This document shows positions 20,854 through 31,939 of a stretch of DNA of 64,000 nucleotides, in pieces. The DNA comes from Acidimicrobiales bacterium (GTDB lineage Bacteria > Actinomycetota > Acidimicrobiia > Acidimicrobiales > CATQHL01), in NCBI GenBank assembly GCA_963668565.2, contig CAXXMX010000003.1, positions 8,932 through 72,931 of the forward strand, read 5' to 3'. A program made the translations under genes and the position numbers. How positions within the stretch are numbered: position 1 is the first letter of the stretch; every line of letters begins with the position of its first letter. The notes below the pieces were generated by a model that worked only from the letters and a program-made list of their open reading frames with translations, ran no database searches and was not told where the DNA came from.

Positions 20854-21716
20854 CGGGCGAGGCGCGCCAGTCCGGCAGCTGCCGGATCGAAGTACCGCGC
20901 AGGGGGCTGTACCCGGCCGAGGCGTGCCAGCAACCAGAACCCGCCCAGGAAGACCATGCCGATGCCCGCCAACACGACCTGGCCCTGCGCGCTGTCGTAG
21001 GGCGCCAGGTAGCCGCGGTCCACCAGGTACAGCCCGCCGGCCATGACCGCCGTGGTGCCCACGATGAGCCGGGCCGAGGTGCGGTAGCGAGCCCGCCCGG
21101 CATCCGCCTCGATCACCAGGCGGCTCTCGGCCCGGACGACCTCTGCCTGCGAGCGGAGCAACGAGACCAGGTCCTGCGCTCCCTGGATCGACGCCAGGAT
21201 GAGCGACGCGGCGACCTTGTCGATGGCGGGATGGGCCACGTCGGCTGCGAAGCTCAGCAGCGCCTCGGGGAGGGGCCGGACCTCCAGGCGGGCGGCCAAC
21301 TCCTGCACCTCCCGGCGGATAGCGGCCGGTGCGGCACTTGCCGAGCCCGCGATCGCCCGCTCGATACCGCCTCCGGCGGCCAGGATGGCGTACAGCATCT
21401 CGATCCACCCGGCGATGGCGTCGCCCCGCTCGCTGATCGTACGCAGCCCTCGTCCCTTGCCGAACCGTCCGGCGAACAGCACGATCCCGGTGGCCACGAG
21501 CGCACCGGCACTCAGCCATCCGGTGACGGCGAAGATCAGGATCCCGGCGGCGACCGCGATCGAGCCGCGGCGCAACGCAGTCATCGACGCCTCCAGGCCG
21601 GCGGCGGTGCGCCGGCGACCCCGAGGGACCATCACGCGGCCCCGCAGGCCGGCGAGGAGCACCCACAGCCCAAGGCCGGCGACCGCCCCGCAACCCAGGA
21701 TCGGCAGCTGATTCAC
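20850..21716 (-). CDS. tadB: Type II secretion F-domain protein, TadB-like
   Basis: AGGGIERAI...APAAIR...YLAPYDSAQGQ; follows the ATPase. Confidence 0.78.
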   Translation of the reverse strand: MNQLPILGCGAVAGLGLWVLLAGLRGRVMVPRGRRRTAAGLEASMTALRRGSIAVAAGILIFAVTGWLSAGALVATGIVLFAGRFGKGRGLRTISERGDAIAGWIEMLYAILAAGGGIERAIAGSASAAPAAIRREVQELAARLEVRPLPEALLSFAADVAHPAIDKVAASLILASIQGAQDLVSLLRSQAEVVRAESRLVIEADAGRARYRTSARLIVGTTAVMAGGLYLVDRGYLAPYDSAQGQVVLAGIGMVFLGGFWLLARLGRVQPPARYFDPAAAGLARLAR

Positions 21717-23125
21717 CGGTCCCACCAACCCTCCGGGCGGTTCATGAGCGAAGCGTCGAAACCGTGCTCGGTGAGCCTGCGGAGGGTGGGCTCGACCCGC
21801 AGCGGCTCGCCGGAGGGCACCGCCCAGCCCCCTGGCGACGGGCGCCAGATCTCGTTGGACAACACGTGCGTCTCCGTCGAGCCGACCACCTCGCGAATGC
21901 TCGTGATGCGCCTTGTCCCGCCGACCGCCGCGACGTGCACCACGAAGTTCACGGCCGACCCCACGAGGCGGTAGGTAAAGGCCCGGGAGAACTGCTGCGG
22001 CGTGAGCGAGGCGTACATCGTGAGACGCTCGAAGGCCTCGGCGGTGCTGTTGGCGTGGATCGTGCAGAGCGAGCCGTCCTGGCCCGAGGTCATGGCCAGC
22101 AGCATCCCCAGCACCTCCGGGCCGCGCACCTCTCCGACGACGATGCGGTCGGCGTGCATGCGCAGGCACTCCCTCAGCAGCGCCTCCAGCGGGAATGCCC
22201 CGGCGCCCTCCACGTTGGGAGCGCGGGCCTCGAGGACGCCGATGTCGGGGTGGAGGTCGGCGTAATAGTGCATCCCCAGCTCCAATTCGTCCTCGACGGT
22301 GATGATCCTCTCGTGCGGCGGGACCTCGTTCAGCAGGCTGCGCACCAGCGTCGTCTTGCCGGCTCCCATGCCTCCGCACACCACGATGTTGAAGCCGGCG
22401 CGCACGGCCGCGGAGAAGAACGACTCGATGGCCCGGTCGAACATGCCCGAGGCGCGCAGCTCGCTGAGGCGCGCCAGTTCGGGATCGTGCAGGCGAATGG
22501 TCACCATCGGCATCAGCGACACCGCCATGACGGCATGCAGCCGGCCCCCGTTTGGCAGGCGCATATTCAGCACCGGCGACGACACGTCGAAGCGCCGCCC
22601 GCTGCGATCCAGGGTGGCACCGACCCAGCGGATCTGCTCGACGAGTTCGTCGTTACTGGCGGCCACGGGCTCGCCGCGGCGCTTGTTGCCCCGGCGATCC
22701 ACCAGCCAGACCTCGTCGCAGCCATTGATGTGAATGTCGGTGAGGTCCGGGTCGTTCACGAACTTCTCCCACGGCCCGGTGCCGAAGGCGTACGCCAGCG
22801 CGGTGCTGGCCAGGTCCTCCTCGGCCGCCGCGTCGAGCATGGGAGCCCCGATGACCAGGCGCTGCTGCGCCAGGCTCAACATCCACTCGCCGATCACGGT
22901 CCTGGCGCGCTCGCGGCGGTCCTCGTCGCCGGGACGCCGTCCGGCGCGGTTCTCCCGCTCGATCCAGACGGCCAGTTCGCCGCGCAGGTGTTCGAGCAGA
23001 CCCTCCAGCAGGCCCTCGTCACGATCGCCGCGCGTGGCAGCGTGGTGGATCTCTGGCGTCCGGCTGCGCACGGCGGCATTTGCGGCCGCCACCGGCTGCT
23101 CCGGCGGGTGCTCCGGGGTGCTCAT
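21713..23125 (-). CDS. cpaF: Flp pilus assembly ATPase CpaF/TadA
   Basis: GGMGAGKTT, ITVEDELEL, DRIVVGEVRG, GSLCTIHA. Confidence 0.93.
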   Translation of the reverse strand: MSTPEHPPEQPVAAANAAVRSRTPEIHHAATRGDRDEGLLEGLLEHLRGELAVWIERENRAGRRPGDEDRRERARTVIGEWMLSLAQQRLVIGAPMLDAAAEEDLASTALAYAFGTGPWEKFVNDPDLTDIHINGCDEVWLVDRRGNKRRGEPVAASNDELVEQIRWVGATLDRSGRRFDVSSPVLNMRLPNGGRLHAVMAVSLMPMVTIRLHDPELARLSELRASGMFDRAIESFFSAAVRAGFNIVVCGGMGAGKTTLVRSLLNEVPPHERIITVEDELELGMHYYADLHPDIGVLEARAPNVEGAGAFPLEALLRECLRMHADRIVVGEVRGPEVLGMLLAMTSGQDGSLCTIHANSTAEAFERLTMYASLTPQQFSRAFTYRLVGSAVNFVVHVAAVGGTRRITSIREVVGSTETHVLSNEIWRPSPGGWAVPSGEPLRVEPTLRRLTEHGFDASLMNRPEGWWDR

Positions 23126-23880
23126 GCCGCGGACGTCCGGGGCGCAACGGAGATCCCCGCCGAGGTGAGATGCGCAAGAAGATCGGTCACGGGCCGGGCA
23201 GTGCGCGCCAGCAGCGACCGACGCAGTGCCCGGGCGCGTCCGGTGTCGCTGGCGAGCGCCGCGGCACCCCGGACGTCCGCGGCCAACGAGCCGAGCACCC
23301 AGGCGCGGTCACCGGTGGTCTGGCGCAGGGCGGCATCGATCTCCGCGACCGGGTAAGGACCGTCGCCCACCACCACCGCCAGCAGCGGCGTTCGTTCCGA
23401 CAGGCCCGCCGCCCTGTCGAGCAGCACGGCGAGACTCTCGAAACGCGGCCGGATCACGACGACGACGAACTCCGCCCGCTCGCGCAACCGCGCCGCCGGC
23501 GGACTCACACGCAGCCGACCGGCATCGACGAGCAGGTCGGTGTCCTGCAGGCTCCGGTCCAGTGCGGCGAAGTCGACCTGCTCGAGAGCCGCGTCTGTTG
23601 ACTCGCCGCCGGGTGCCACCAGCACCGCAGGACCGTCGGGCAGGCACTGGCAGGCCGACCAGAACTCCGCCTCGCTCACCCCGTGGCGTGACACGGCGGC
23701 GAAACTCACGAGGCTCGGCTGGGTGGGGTGCAGCCCGAACCGCGGCGCCACCGCGCCGCCGTCGGCATCGGCCTCCACGAGAGCCACTCGGCGATGGCGC
23801 GGCCACTGGTAGGCCACGCACGTGGCGAGCGTGGTCACTCCCGGTGCGCCCTTGAGCGAGCCGAACACAACGAGGCTCAC
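23122..23880 (-). CDS. MinD/ParA-like Tad localisation protein
   Basis: Deviant Walker A SLKGAPGVTT; LVEADADGG. Confidence 0.75.
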   Translation of the reverse strand: MSLVVFGSLKGAPGVTTLATCVAYQWPRHRRVALVEADADGGAVAPRFGLHPTQPSLVSFAAVSRHGVSEAEFWSACQCLPDGPAVLVAPGGESTDAALEQVDFAALDRSLQDTDLLVDAGRLRVSPPAARLRERAEFVVVVIRPRFESLAVLLDRAAGLSERTPLLAVVVGDGPYPVAEIDAALRQTTGDRAWVLGSLAADVRGAAALASDTGRARALRRSLLARTARPVTDLLAHLTSAGISVAPRTSAA

Positions 23881-24689
23881 GGCGCCACCTCGGCGAGGCG
23901 AGGGCCGGCTTCGGTGGCCGCGACCACCCTCGCAGCCGCAGTTCTCGGCACGAGCAGCGACACGAGGGCGTCACCTCCCTCCCCGCTGCCGAGCCACTGC
24001 ACATCGAACACCTCCACGCCGGACACCACCACGGGGTTCTCCCAGCCGACCAGCGGTTCGCTGGTGAGCAGATCCACGACGTCGCCGGCACCGAGGGTGC
24101 TCACGGGGTACCTGCCGGCGCCGAGGCGCAGACCGACCACCGCGAAGTCGGGGGGGATCACCGAACCGACGACCAGGAGGGCGCCGTTTACGAACCCGCC
24201 CGCGTTGGCATCGAATGCCACCGTCCGTCCGATCACGTCGGTAGCAGCCGCCGCGTTCACCACGTCGACCGGGATGTCGACGTCGATGCTCGCCACTCCG
24301 AGGTCGGTCGCCGCCACCTCCTGGCCGCGCCTGACGTCGTTTGCCCAGACGAGCACGGAGACTCGGGGGACCTCCCGCCCGGCCAGCATCAGGGCACCGA
24401 TCGCCCCGAGCCCCGCGAGAACGACGCCGACCGCCAGCTCGGGAATGCGCCGGCGGATGGTGCGCGCCGGCGGCGGTGTCGCCGCTGACGTCACCCCTGC
24501 GGCCCCCGCAGGTTCAGTCTGCGGCGCCGAGCGGCCGGCGATGGCAGCGGGTGGGATCCCCGGCGAGACCGACCCCGGGCGGCCGGGGTGCGCCGACCCC
24601 GAGCCCTGCGGGCTCGCGAATCGCGTCGAACCGGGCCGGACGGGATCGGAGGGAGCCGACTCCGGGGTTGTGGGATTGGTGAACGGCAC
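23877..24689 (-). CDS. SAF-domain (CpaB/RcpC-like) protein
   Basis: TM segment then SAF-like region and GDVVDLL; AGGAGG RBS before GTG. Confidence 0.7.
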   Translation of the reverse strand: MPFTNPTTPESAPSDPVRPGSTRFASPQGSGSAHPGRPGSVSPGIPPAAIAGRSAPQTEPAGAAGVTSAATPPPARTIRRRIPELAVGVVLAGLGAIGALMLAGREVPRVSVLVWANDVRRGQEVAATDLGVASIDVDIPVDVVNAAAATDVIGRTVAFDANAGGFVNGALLVVGSVIPPDFAVVGLRLGAGRYPVSTLGAGDVVDLLTSEPLVGWENPVVVSGVEVFDVQWLGSGEGGDALVSLLVPRTAAARVVAATEAGPRLAEVAP

Positions 24690-24950
24690 CGACCGGACCT
24701 CCTGTACGCACGTGGGACTGCTGGGGCTGCCCTGTGGCTGCAAGAGGGCCGCTCGACGCTGTGATGCGCCGCCGGCGAGGGCGGTTCGATCGCCGCGGGA
24801 GGGGATCCATCCCGACCCCTCTCCGCTAGCCGCGGCGACGCGGCATCCGGATGGGAGTCAAGCGCCGCGTACCCTACGGCGTGACCGCCGGCTTTACAAC
24901 AAATACTTGGAAACTGTTTGATACTGATTGATAAGTAGCTATACCGTGGC

Positions 24951-25493
24951 ATGCTGAGACGCCGGGTTCGGACTGCGACAGTTGCGCTGGTTGTTGCCGG
25001 CGCCGCCGCTGTCAGCGACATCGAGGCGGCTCTCTTCGCCATCTGGCTGGCCGTGCTGGCGATCCTTTCCTGGTGCGACCTGCGGACCCGCCGCATCCCC
25101 ACCGGCATCGTCAACCCCGCAACCGTCGTCGGCGTCGTCGCCCTCGCCGCCACCGCCTGGCGCACCGGCGCCGCCGCCCGGCTGGGCACAGCCGCCGCAA
25201 CCGCCGCGATCGCCTACGCGGCGTTCGCCGTGCTGCACGCGCTCAATCCCGGCGGGCTGGGCTACGGCGACGTGCGGCTCAGCGGTCTGCTGGGGCTGTT
25301 CCTGGGGTGGCTCGGGCCGACGGCCATGCTCGTGGGCACGCTTCTCGGGGCCGCCGGCGCCGCAGTCGTGGCGCTGGTCATGCTGGTTCGCAGCCGCGAC
25401 GGCCGCTCAACGCTGCCCTTCGGACCCTTTCTGGCCGGCGGCGCGGCCACGGTGGCGTTACTGCACACCTCGGCGCCGCTGGGTTTCGGCTGA
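24951..25493 (+). CDS. Prepilin peptidase (A24 family)
   Basis: DLRTRRIP, GLGYGDVRL, LPFGPFL. Confidence 0.9.
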   Translation: MLRRRVRTATVALVVAGAAAVSDIEAALFAIWLAVLAILSWCDLRTRRIPTGIVNPATVVGVVALAATAWRTGAAARLGTAAATAAIAYAAFAVLHALNPGGLGYGDVRLSGLLGLFLGWLGPTAMLVGTLLGAAGAAVVALVMLVRSRDGRSTLPFGPFLAGGAATVALLHTSAPLGFG

Positions 25494-25496
25494 GGG

Positions 25497-26897
25497 CTAC
25501 TCGCCGCGGCGCCAGACCTCCAGGGCCGACCGCATGGCGGGATCCAGCCACGCCTCGAAGCGCTGCCGAGCCATAGGGATGTTGTCGCGGAAATTGATCT
25601 GGAACGGTTCCCGCGAGACCACCTGGTGGTCGTAGATCTCGCCGCCCCGCTTGCGGTAGAAGATGAGAATCGCCGCGATGACACCGCGGAACGACTGGCC
25701 GACGGCGTGGAACGAGAGCAGGATCTCCGAACGGCCGTTGGGGGTGTCCAGGCCGATGCGGTTCCAGGCGCTGAAGTTGCGCAGGTTGGCGAAATACCCC
25801 TGACGCCGGACACCGTCGATGACCTGCTTGCGGTGCCAACTGCGACGTTCGGGGTGATCGGGCGGCGAGTAGTCGGCGAAGACCCGCCGCTCACCGCTCT
25901 CGTCCTCGATCGCCTCGCCGAGGTCCGATTCGATCTCGGCGATCCGCGCCTTGCTGTGCCAGAAGACCTCCGTCGCCACCGTCACCGCCTCGGCGAAGCG
26001 GCGCCGCAGCGTCGGCGTACCTGCCCGGAACTGATCGGAGATCACCGAGATCACACCGGTCAGATCGTCGGGCTCGGACGGCACCCGGCCCAGCGCGCTG
26101 ACCGCCTGCAGGAAGCTGCGACGCTGGGACGTGGCCACCAGGTGCGACAGCCCCGTGAGCCCGTCGGAGGAGGCCGCGGCGGCCGCGTCGGAGAAGGCGT
26201 TCCGGTCCTCCCGGCGCACCGTGAGCGGGAAGAGATCGGCTGCCATCAGCCAGTACGACGCCACCGCCCGCGCCACCCGGTCACTGTTACGGCCGAACGG
26301 TCGCAGCCGCCCGAGGCTGTGGACCAGCCAGGCGGCCGCCAACTCCGGCGCCGGGTCGTCGGCCCGGGGTGGCAGGACGTCGATGACCTGCTGCACACTG
26401 TCGGGCGAGAACTCCACATCGGTGCCGGGGCTGACCCAACCACCGGTGGCCGGATCGGTCTCGGGAACCTGCATGCGCCGCTGGAGTTCGCCGAGCAGTT
26501 CCACATCCACGACGGGGCCGCCGTCGTCCTCCTCGTCCAGCCGATCCAGCAGCCACAGCAGAGCCTCCTGCAGGCCCGAGAGGACGTCCACCTGCCACTG
26601 CTGCATGCTCCCGGCGTCGGCGGCGTCCCGGCCGGCGGCGTCGAAACCGTTCGCTGCCAGCCGGAATGCGAGGCTCCGGTCGACGTCGATGAGGTGGTCG
26701 GCGGCCGCGAGGTCCAGTGCCCATTCGCGGGCCATCCGCGCCTCAACCGCCGCCAAGCCGTCGGGGTTCTCGTCGAGGGACAGGTCGCGAAGGTCCGCCC
26801 AGGCCTCGGCGATCGCCACGCACTCGCTACTCGGCGCGTCCCAATCAATCGCCGCCTGATCCCCCAAGGGACCGTCGGCCGCGTCCCCGTTTCTCAT
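25497..26897 (-). CDS. Fic-like protein with degenerate catalytic motif
   Basis: AAAWLVHSLGRLRPFGRNSDRVARA aligns by eye to HPFxxGNGRxxR. Confidence 0.6.
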   Translation of the reverse strand: MRNGDAADGPLGDQAAIDWDAPSSECVAIAEAWADLRDLSLDENPDGLAAVEARMAREWALDLAAADHLIDVDRSLAFRLAANGFDAAGRDAADAGSMQQWQVDVLSGLQEALLWLLDRLDEEDDGGPVVDVELLGELQRRMQVPETDPATGGWVSPGTDVEFSPDSVQQVIDVLPPRADDPAPELAAAWLVHSLGRLRPFGRNSDRVARAVASYWLMAADLFPLTVRREDRNAFSDAAAAASSDGLTGLSHLVATSQRRSFLQAVSALGRVPSEPDDLTGVISVISDQFRAGTPTLRRRFAEAVTVATEVFWHSKARIAEIESDLGEAIEDESGERRVFADYSPPDHPERRSWHRKQVIDGVRRQGYFANLRNFSAWNRIGLDTPNGRSEILLSFHAVGQSFRGVIAAILIFYRKRGGEIYDHQVVSREPFQINFRDNIPMARQRFEAWLDPAMRSALEVWRRGE

Positions 26898-27291
26898 AGA
26901 GTTTCTCTTCTATACAACAGCACGCGACAGCGATTGTCGGTGTATTGTGTTACATCTGCGATGACCCTTGCTGACAGCGGGCAAGGTTAGCAGATTCTGC
27001 ACCGGCGTTTTATGTCGCGCGCGGGTCAGCCGGATCGACGAGCATCACCCTCGCGCGGGTCTATCGGTGCTGAAATGGGCCACGATGCGGGTCGACCGCG
27101 AGCCGTGTGGGTCTGTCGCGCTACGACGGACGCCGACCTGTCCCGCGTGGCGCCGAGACCCAAAGCCGGTACGCCCGCACCGGCGAGCCGCGGCGTTGCC
27201 AACGCGGCGCCGGCCCGGCGGCGATGAGGCAGGATATTCGCCACCAAGCACGAGCCCGAGACAACGAGAGCCCCGCAGTGAGAGTCGACCG

Positions 27292-29757
27292 ATGAGCCCA
27301 CGACGCCGTCCCGGACCGGCCGCCGGTCTGCCGTTCGCCAGCGAGGTCCGCGACACGCCGATCACCGACGAGGTGTCGGAGTCGTTCCTGGCGTACTCGC
27401 TGTCGGTGATCACGTCCCGGGCCATCCCCGACGTGCGCGACGGGCTCAAACCGGTGCAGCGTCGCATCCTGTACTCGATGCTGCGCATGGGGCTGCGGCC
27501 CGAGTCGCCACATCGCAAGTGCGCCCGCGTCGTGGGCGACACCATGGGGAAGTACCACCCGCACGGCGACGCCGCCATCTACGACGCGCTGGTGCGCATG
27601 GGGCAGAACTTCAGCCGCGCCGTCCCGCTTGTGGACCCCCAGGGCAACTTCGGCACGCTCGACGACCCTCCGGCGGCGGCCCGGTACACCGAGTGCCGGC
27701 TGGCGGCGGCGGCCATGGAGATGCTCGACGAGCTGGACGAGGACACCGTGGACTTCCGCGCCAGCTACGACGGCGAGGCCTCCGAGCCGGTCTGCCTGCC
27801 GGGGAGGTTGCCGAACCTGCTGGTGAACGGCACGAGCGGGATCGCCGTGGGGATGGCCACCAACATGGCGCCGCACAACCTGCGTGAGGTGTACGAGGCG
27901 GTGCGGCTGCAGATGGCCGACCCGGACGTGCCGCTCGAGGACCTGCTGGCCGTACTGCCTGGGCCGGACTTTCCCTCCGGCGGGGTGATTCTCGACGACG
28001 GGCTGGCCGACGTCTACGCCAGCGGGCGGGGGACGATCCGGATGCGAGCGCAAGCCACCGTCATCGACGTGGGCGAGCGTCGCCAGGCCATCCGCATCCT
28101 GGAGTTGCCGTGGCTGGTGGGGCCGGAGAAGGTCGTCGGCCGGATCAAGGAGGTCGTCGCCGCGGGCCGTCTGGAGGGAGTCGAGGACGTCAAGAACCTG
28201 TCGGATCGCCACATCGGGCTGTGCATCCAGGTGGACTGCCGGCCCGGCACCGACGCCGCCGCTGTGCTGAGCAAGCTGTGGCGGCTGGCTCCCCTGGAGG
28301 AGACGTTCGCCCTCAACAACGTGGTGCTGGCCGGGGGCTCCCCTGTGACGTGCTCTCTGAAGCAACTCCTGGCGCACTACATCGACCATCGCCTCGACGT
28401 GGTCGTGCGCCGGGCGCGCTTCCGGGCGGCGGCCGCCGAGGAGCGGCTGCACATCCTCGAGGGGCTGATGACCGCTCTGGACAGCATCGATCTGGTCGTT
28501 TCGATCATCCGCGGCAGCCGTACCGCGGAGGTGGCCCGAGCGGCGCTGACTGAGCGCCTGGGGCTGAGCGAAGTGCAGGCCGAGGCGGTGCTGGCGATGC
28601 GGCTGCGACGCCTCGCCGCCCTCGAGCGCGAGAAGATCATCGGCGAGGGCGACCGGCTGGTGGCCGCCCTGGCCGGGTACCGCGAGCTGCTGGCGTCCGA
28701 GGAGCGCCGGCGGGCCGTGGTGGTCACCGAACTCGGCGCCCTGGCCGAGCGCTACGGCCGGGAGCGCCGCAGCCGGATCGTGCCCGCCGACGCCGAGGCG
28801 GGGGTCACCAAGGGCGCCGCCAAGCGGGTCGTCCCCGCCGGCGAGAGATCCGACGAGTGGCTGGTGGCGCTGTCGAACACGGGTCTCGTCGGGCGGTCGC
28901 CGGTGAACGCCCCGCGGCGGCGCACGCTGGGACGCCACGATCTCTTGGCCACCACGGCGCTGGCGACCGCCGGCGGCACGGTCTGGGCGCTGACCAGCGA
29001 GGGGCGTGCCGTGCCGGTGGCAGCATCGGTGCTGCCCGAGGTCGCCGGGCGGAGTCGAGGAGCGCCGACCGCAGACACCTTCGATCTTCCCGCCGGCGAG
29101 CGGATCTGCGGCGTGGTGTCGGCGCCGGGGGACGCCGATCCCGGCGGTTCCGGCGGCGGCGACGCCGGCGACATCGTCATGGTGACCCAAGCCGGCGCCA
29201 CCAAGCGGCTTGCCGTCGACGAGTTGGCCGCCGGGAGCCGGGCGCCCGCGGCCCGGGTGGTGTTCCCGCTGGGTGGCCGCGACGAGGTCGTGGCGGCGTT
29301 CGTGTGCCCGCCGGGGGCCGACATCGTGATCGTGTCCACCGACGGTTCGCTGCTGCGCACCTCCTCGGAAAACCTCCCGCGGCGGCGCGCCATAGCTGCG
29401 GGCACCGCCGGGATGAAGCTGCGGCCGGGCGCTGCGGTCATCGGGGCGGGGGCGCTGTTCGGCGAGGCGTACGTCGCGGTCGTGACGACCGCCGGGGCGG
29501 CCAAGGCGACGCCGGCCGGTGATTTCACGCCGGCGGGGCGGGGTGGCATGGGCGTGCGGGTGTGCTCCCTGCGCGACGGCGAGGGACTGCGTGACGCCTA
29601 CGTGGGGCCGCTCGTGGATGTGTTCGTGGTGACCGGCGCCCGGCCCAGCACACCCGACAGCGAGCCGGTGCCGTTCCCCTTCCGGCCGACGCGCCGCGGG
29701 CTGGTGGCCCGCTCGGGTCCCAAGCCGATCCTGGCCGTCGGCCAGAGGCGGTGGTGA
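27292..29757 (+). CDS. Type IIA topoisomerase subunit A (Topo IV-like GyrA/ParC paralogue)
   Basis: [24 protein letters not shown], active site AAARYTE, beta-pinwheel repeats; no clear GyrA box. Confidence 0.93.
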   Translation: MSPRRRPGPAAGLPFASEVRDTPITDEVSESFLAYSLSVITSRAIPDVRDGLKPVQRRILYSMLRMGLRPESPHRKCARVVGDTMGKYHPHGDAAIYDALVRMGQNFSRAVPLVDPQGNFGTLDDPPAAARYTECRLAAAAMEMLDELDEDTVDFRASYDGEASEPVCLPGRLPNLLVNGTSGIAVGMATNMAPHNLREVYEAVRLQMADPDVPLEDLLAVLPGPDFPSGGVILDDGLADVYASGRGTIRMRAQATVIDVGERRQAIRILELPWLVGPEKVVGRIKEVVAAGRLEGVEDVKNLSDRHIGLCIQVDCRPGTDAAAVLSKLWRLAPLEETFALNNVVLAGGSPVTCSLKQLLAHYIDHRLDVVVRRARFRAAAAEERLHILEGLMTALDSIDLVVSIIRGSRTAEVARAALTERLGLSEVQAEAVLAMRLRRLAALEREKIIGEGDRLVAALAGYRELLASEERRRAVVVTELGALAERYGRERRSRIVPADAEAGVTKGAAKRVVPAGERSDEWLVALSNTGLVGRSPVNAPRRRTLGRHDLLATTALATAGGTVWALTSEGRAVPVAASVLPEVAGRSRGAPTADTFDLPAGERICGVVSAPGDADPGGSGGGDAGDIVMVTQAGATKRLAVDELAAGSRAPAARVVFPLGGRDEVVAAFVCPPGADIVIVSTDGSLLRTSSENLPRRRAIAAGTAGMKLRPGAAVIGAGALFGEAYVAVVTTAGAAKATPAGDFTPAGRGGMGVRVCSLRDGEGLRDAYVGPLVDVFVVTGARPSTPDSEPVPFPFRPTRRGLVARSGPKPILAVGQRRW

Positions 29758-31910
29758 CGTCGGTGGCCGGCGAGGCGGACCTGCGTCTGTTCGATCCTGC
29801 GGGTAACGGGACCTCGACGGAGTCGGCGACGCAGGCCCGCGGATCGGAGTCCAGCCTGAGCCCGGCGCAAGGCACCGCAGCGCACGCTACGGGGGACTAC
29901 GAGGCCGATTCGATCCAGACCCTGGAGGGACTCGAGGCGGTCCGCAAGCGCCCCGGCATGTACATCGGCGGAACCGGCACGGCCGGGCTGATGCACCTGG
30001 TGTGGGAGCTGATCGACAACGGCGTCGACGAGGCGGCGGCCGGATACGCCCGGCGGATCGACGTGACCTTCGGCGGCGACGGCTCGGTGACGGTGCGCGA
30101 CGACGGCCGGGGCATCCCGGTCGGACATCCCCCCGGGCGGGACATCTCGGCCATCGAGGTGGTGTTCTGCGAGCTGCACGCCGGCGGCAAGTTCGGCGCC
30201 GGCACCAACGGGTCCGCCTATGGCGCCAGCGGCGGGCTGCACGGGGTGGGGGCCTCGGTGGTGAACGCCCTGTCGCAGCGGGTGCGCGTGGAGGTGGGTC
30301 GCGACGGCAACGTGTGGCGCCTGGACTTCTCCGAGCGGCAGGCCGGGCGGCGGGACGCCGCCGGGTTCACGCCGACGCACGAACTGCAGAAGGTCAAGAC
30401 CACGCGGCGGACGTTCACGCAGGTGCGCTTCTGGCCCGACTGGGAACTGTTCGACGAGGGGGCCGCCTTCGACTACGCCGCCGCCTGCGAGCGGGCGCGG
30501 CTGACGTGCCACCTGGTGCCCGCCCTGCGAATCACCATCAGCGACCGCCGCCGCGGGGCGGAGGGCGAACCGTTCGACTTCCGCTCCGAGAAGGGGCTCG
30601 GGGGTTTGGTGGCCGAGCTGGCCGGCGGCGGCGGTGCGGTCACGCGGGTCATCGATATAGCCGGCCGGGGCAGCTTCGAGGAGAAGGTGCCGGTGGACGG
30701 CAAGCTCACCACCGTTGTGCGGGAGTGTTCGGTCACCGCCGCGCTGCAATGGACCGACGGGTACCGCAGCGACGTGCGCAGCTTCGTGAACACGATCCCG
30801 ACCCCCGCCGGCGGGACGCACCTGGCCGGCTTCGAGCGGGCGCTGACGCGGGCGGTCAACGACGTGCTGCTCGACGGCTCGAAGCGCCTCGCCCGTGCCG
30901 GGGAGCGGGCCGGCCGGGAGGAGGTCCAGGAGGGGCTGGTCGGCGCGCTGCAGGTCGTCGTGCCGGAGCCGCAGTTCCGGGGCCAGACCAAGCAGGAGCT
31001 GGGCACCCCGGCGGTGCAGTCCATCGTCTACGACGCCGTCAAGTCGGCGCTGACGCAGTGGTTCACGACCGACGGGCCGCGCAGCAACGTCACCGCACTG
31101 CGGGCCAAGATCACCGACGCCGTGGAGGCCCGGGCAGCGTCGCGGCGCCTGCAGGCCGACCGGCGCAAGGCATCGTCGCTGGGCTCGGCGGGCCTTCCCG
31201 ACAAGCTCGCCGACTGCCGGACGCATGGACCCAACAGCGAGTTGATCATCGTGGAGGGTGAGTCGGCGGCCGGTCCCGCCAAAGCGGGGCGCAACTCCGA
31301 GAACGTCGCCATCCTTCCGCTGCGGGGCAAGCTGGTGAACGCCGCCAAGGCGTCGCTGCGCCAGGTGCTCGACAACGCCGAGGCGCAGGCGCTGTTCCGC
31401 TCGGTGGGTGCCGGCGTGGGAGCCGACTTCGACATCTCCGCCGCCCGCTACGGGCGCATCGTGATCCTCTGCGACGCCGACGTGGACGGGAGCCACATCC
31501 GCTGCCTGCTGCTGACGCTGATCCACGCCTACATGCGGCCGATGCTCGCCGATGGGCGGGTGTTCGCCGCCCAGCCACCGCTGTACACCACGCGGGTCGG
31601 CAAGGAGACCCACCGGGCCTTCAGCGAGGCCGAACGCGATGCCATCACCGCACGTCTGGCCAAGGGCCGGAGCGGCGGCACCGAGGGCATCCGCTGGCAG
31701 CGCTTCAAGGGGCTCGGTGAGATGAACACCGACGAGTTGGCGCACTGCGCTCTGGATCCGGCCACCCGCACGCTGCGGCGCATCACGCTGGCCGACGCCG
31801 ACGCCGCTCGGGAACTGCTGGAGGTGCTGATGGGTTCCGACGTGAAGCGGCGGCGCGACTACATCGGGCGCCACAGCAACCTGATCGACCCCGCCACGCT
31901 CGACATCTGA
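29751..31910 (+). CDS. Type IIA topoisomerase subunit B (Topo IV-like GyrB/ParE paralogue)
   Basis: [43 protein letters not shown]. Confidence 0.95.
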   Translation: MVTSVAGEADLRLFDPAGNGTSTESATQARGSESSLSPAQGTAAHATGDYEADSIQTLEGLEAVRKRPGMYIGGTGTAGLMHLVWELIDNGVDEAAAGYARRIDVTFGGDGSVTVRDDGRGIPVGHPPGRDISAIEVVFCELHAGGKFGAGTNGSAYGASGGLHGVGASVVNALSQRVRVEVGRDGNVWRLDFSERQAGRRDAAGFTPTHELQKVKTTRRTFTQVRFWPDWELFDEGAAFDYAAACERARLTCHLVPALRITISDRRRGAEGEPFDFRSEKGLGGLVAELAGGGGAVTRVIDIAGRGSFEEKVPVDGKLTTVVRECSVTAALQWTDGYRSDVRSFVNTIPTPAGGTHLAGFERALTRAVNDVLLDGSKRLARAGERAGREEVQEGLVGALQVVVPEPQFRGQTKQELGTPAVQSIVYDAVKSALTQWFTTDGPRSNVTALRAKITDAVEARAASRRLQADRRKASSLGSAGLPDKLADCRTHGPNSELIIVEGESAAGPAKAGRNSENVAILPLRGKLVNAAKASLRQVLDNAEAQALFRSVGAGVGADFDISAARYGRIVILCDADVDGSHIRCLLLTLIHAYMRPMLADGRVFAAQPPLYTTRVGKETHRAFSEAERDAITARLAKGRSGGTEGIRWQRFKGLGEMNTDELAHCALDPATRTLRRITLADADAARELLEVLMGSDVKRRRDYIGRHSNLIDPATLDI

Positions 31911-31939
31911 GCGCCGGCCGCCAATACCCTGGCCGCCCG

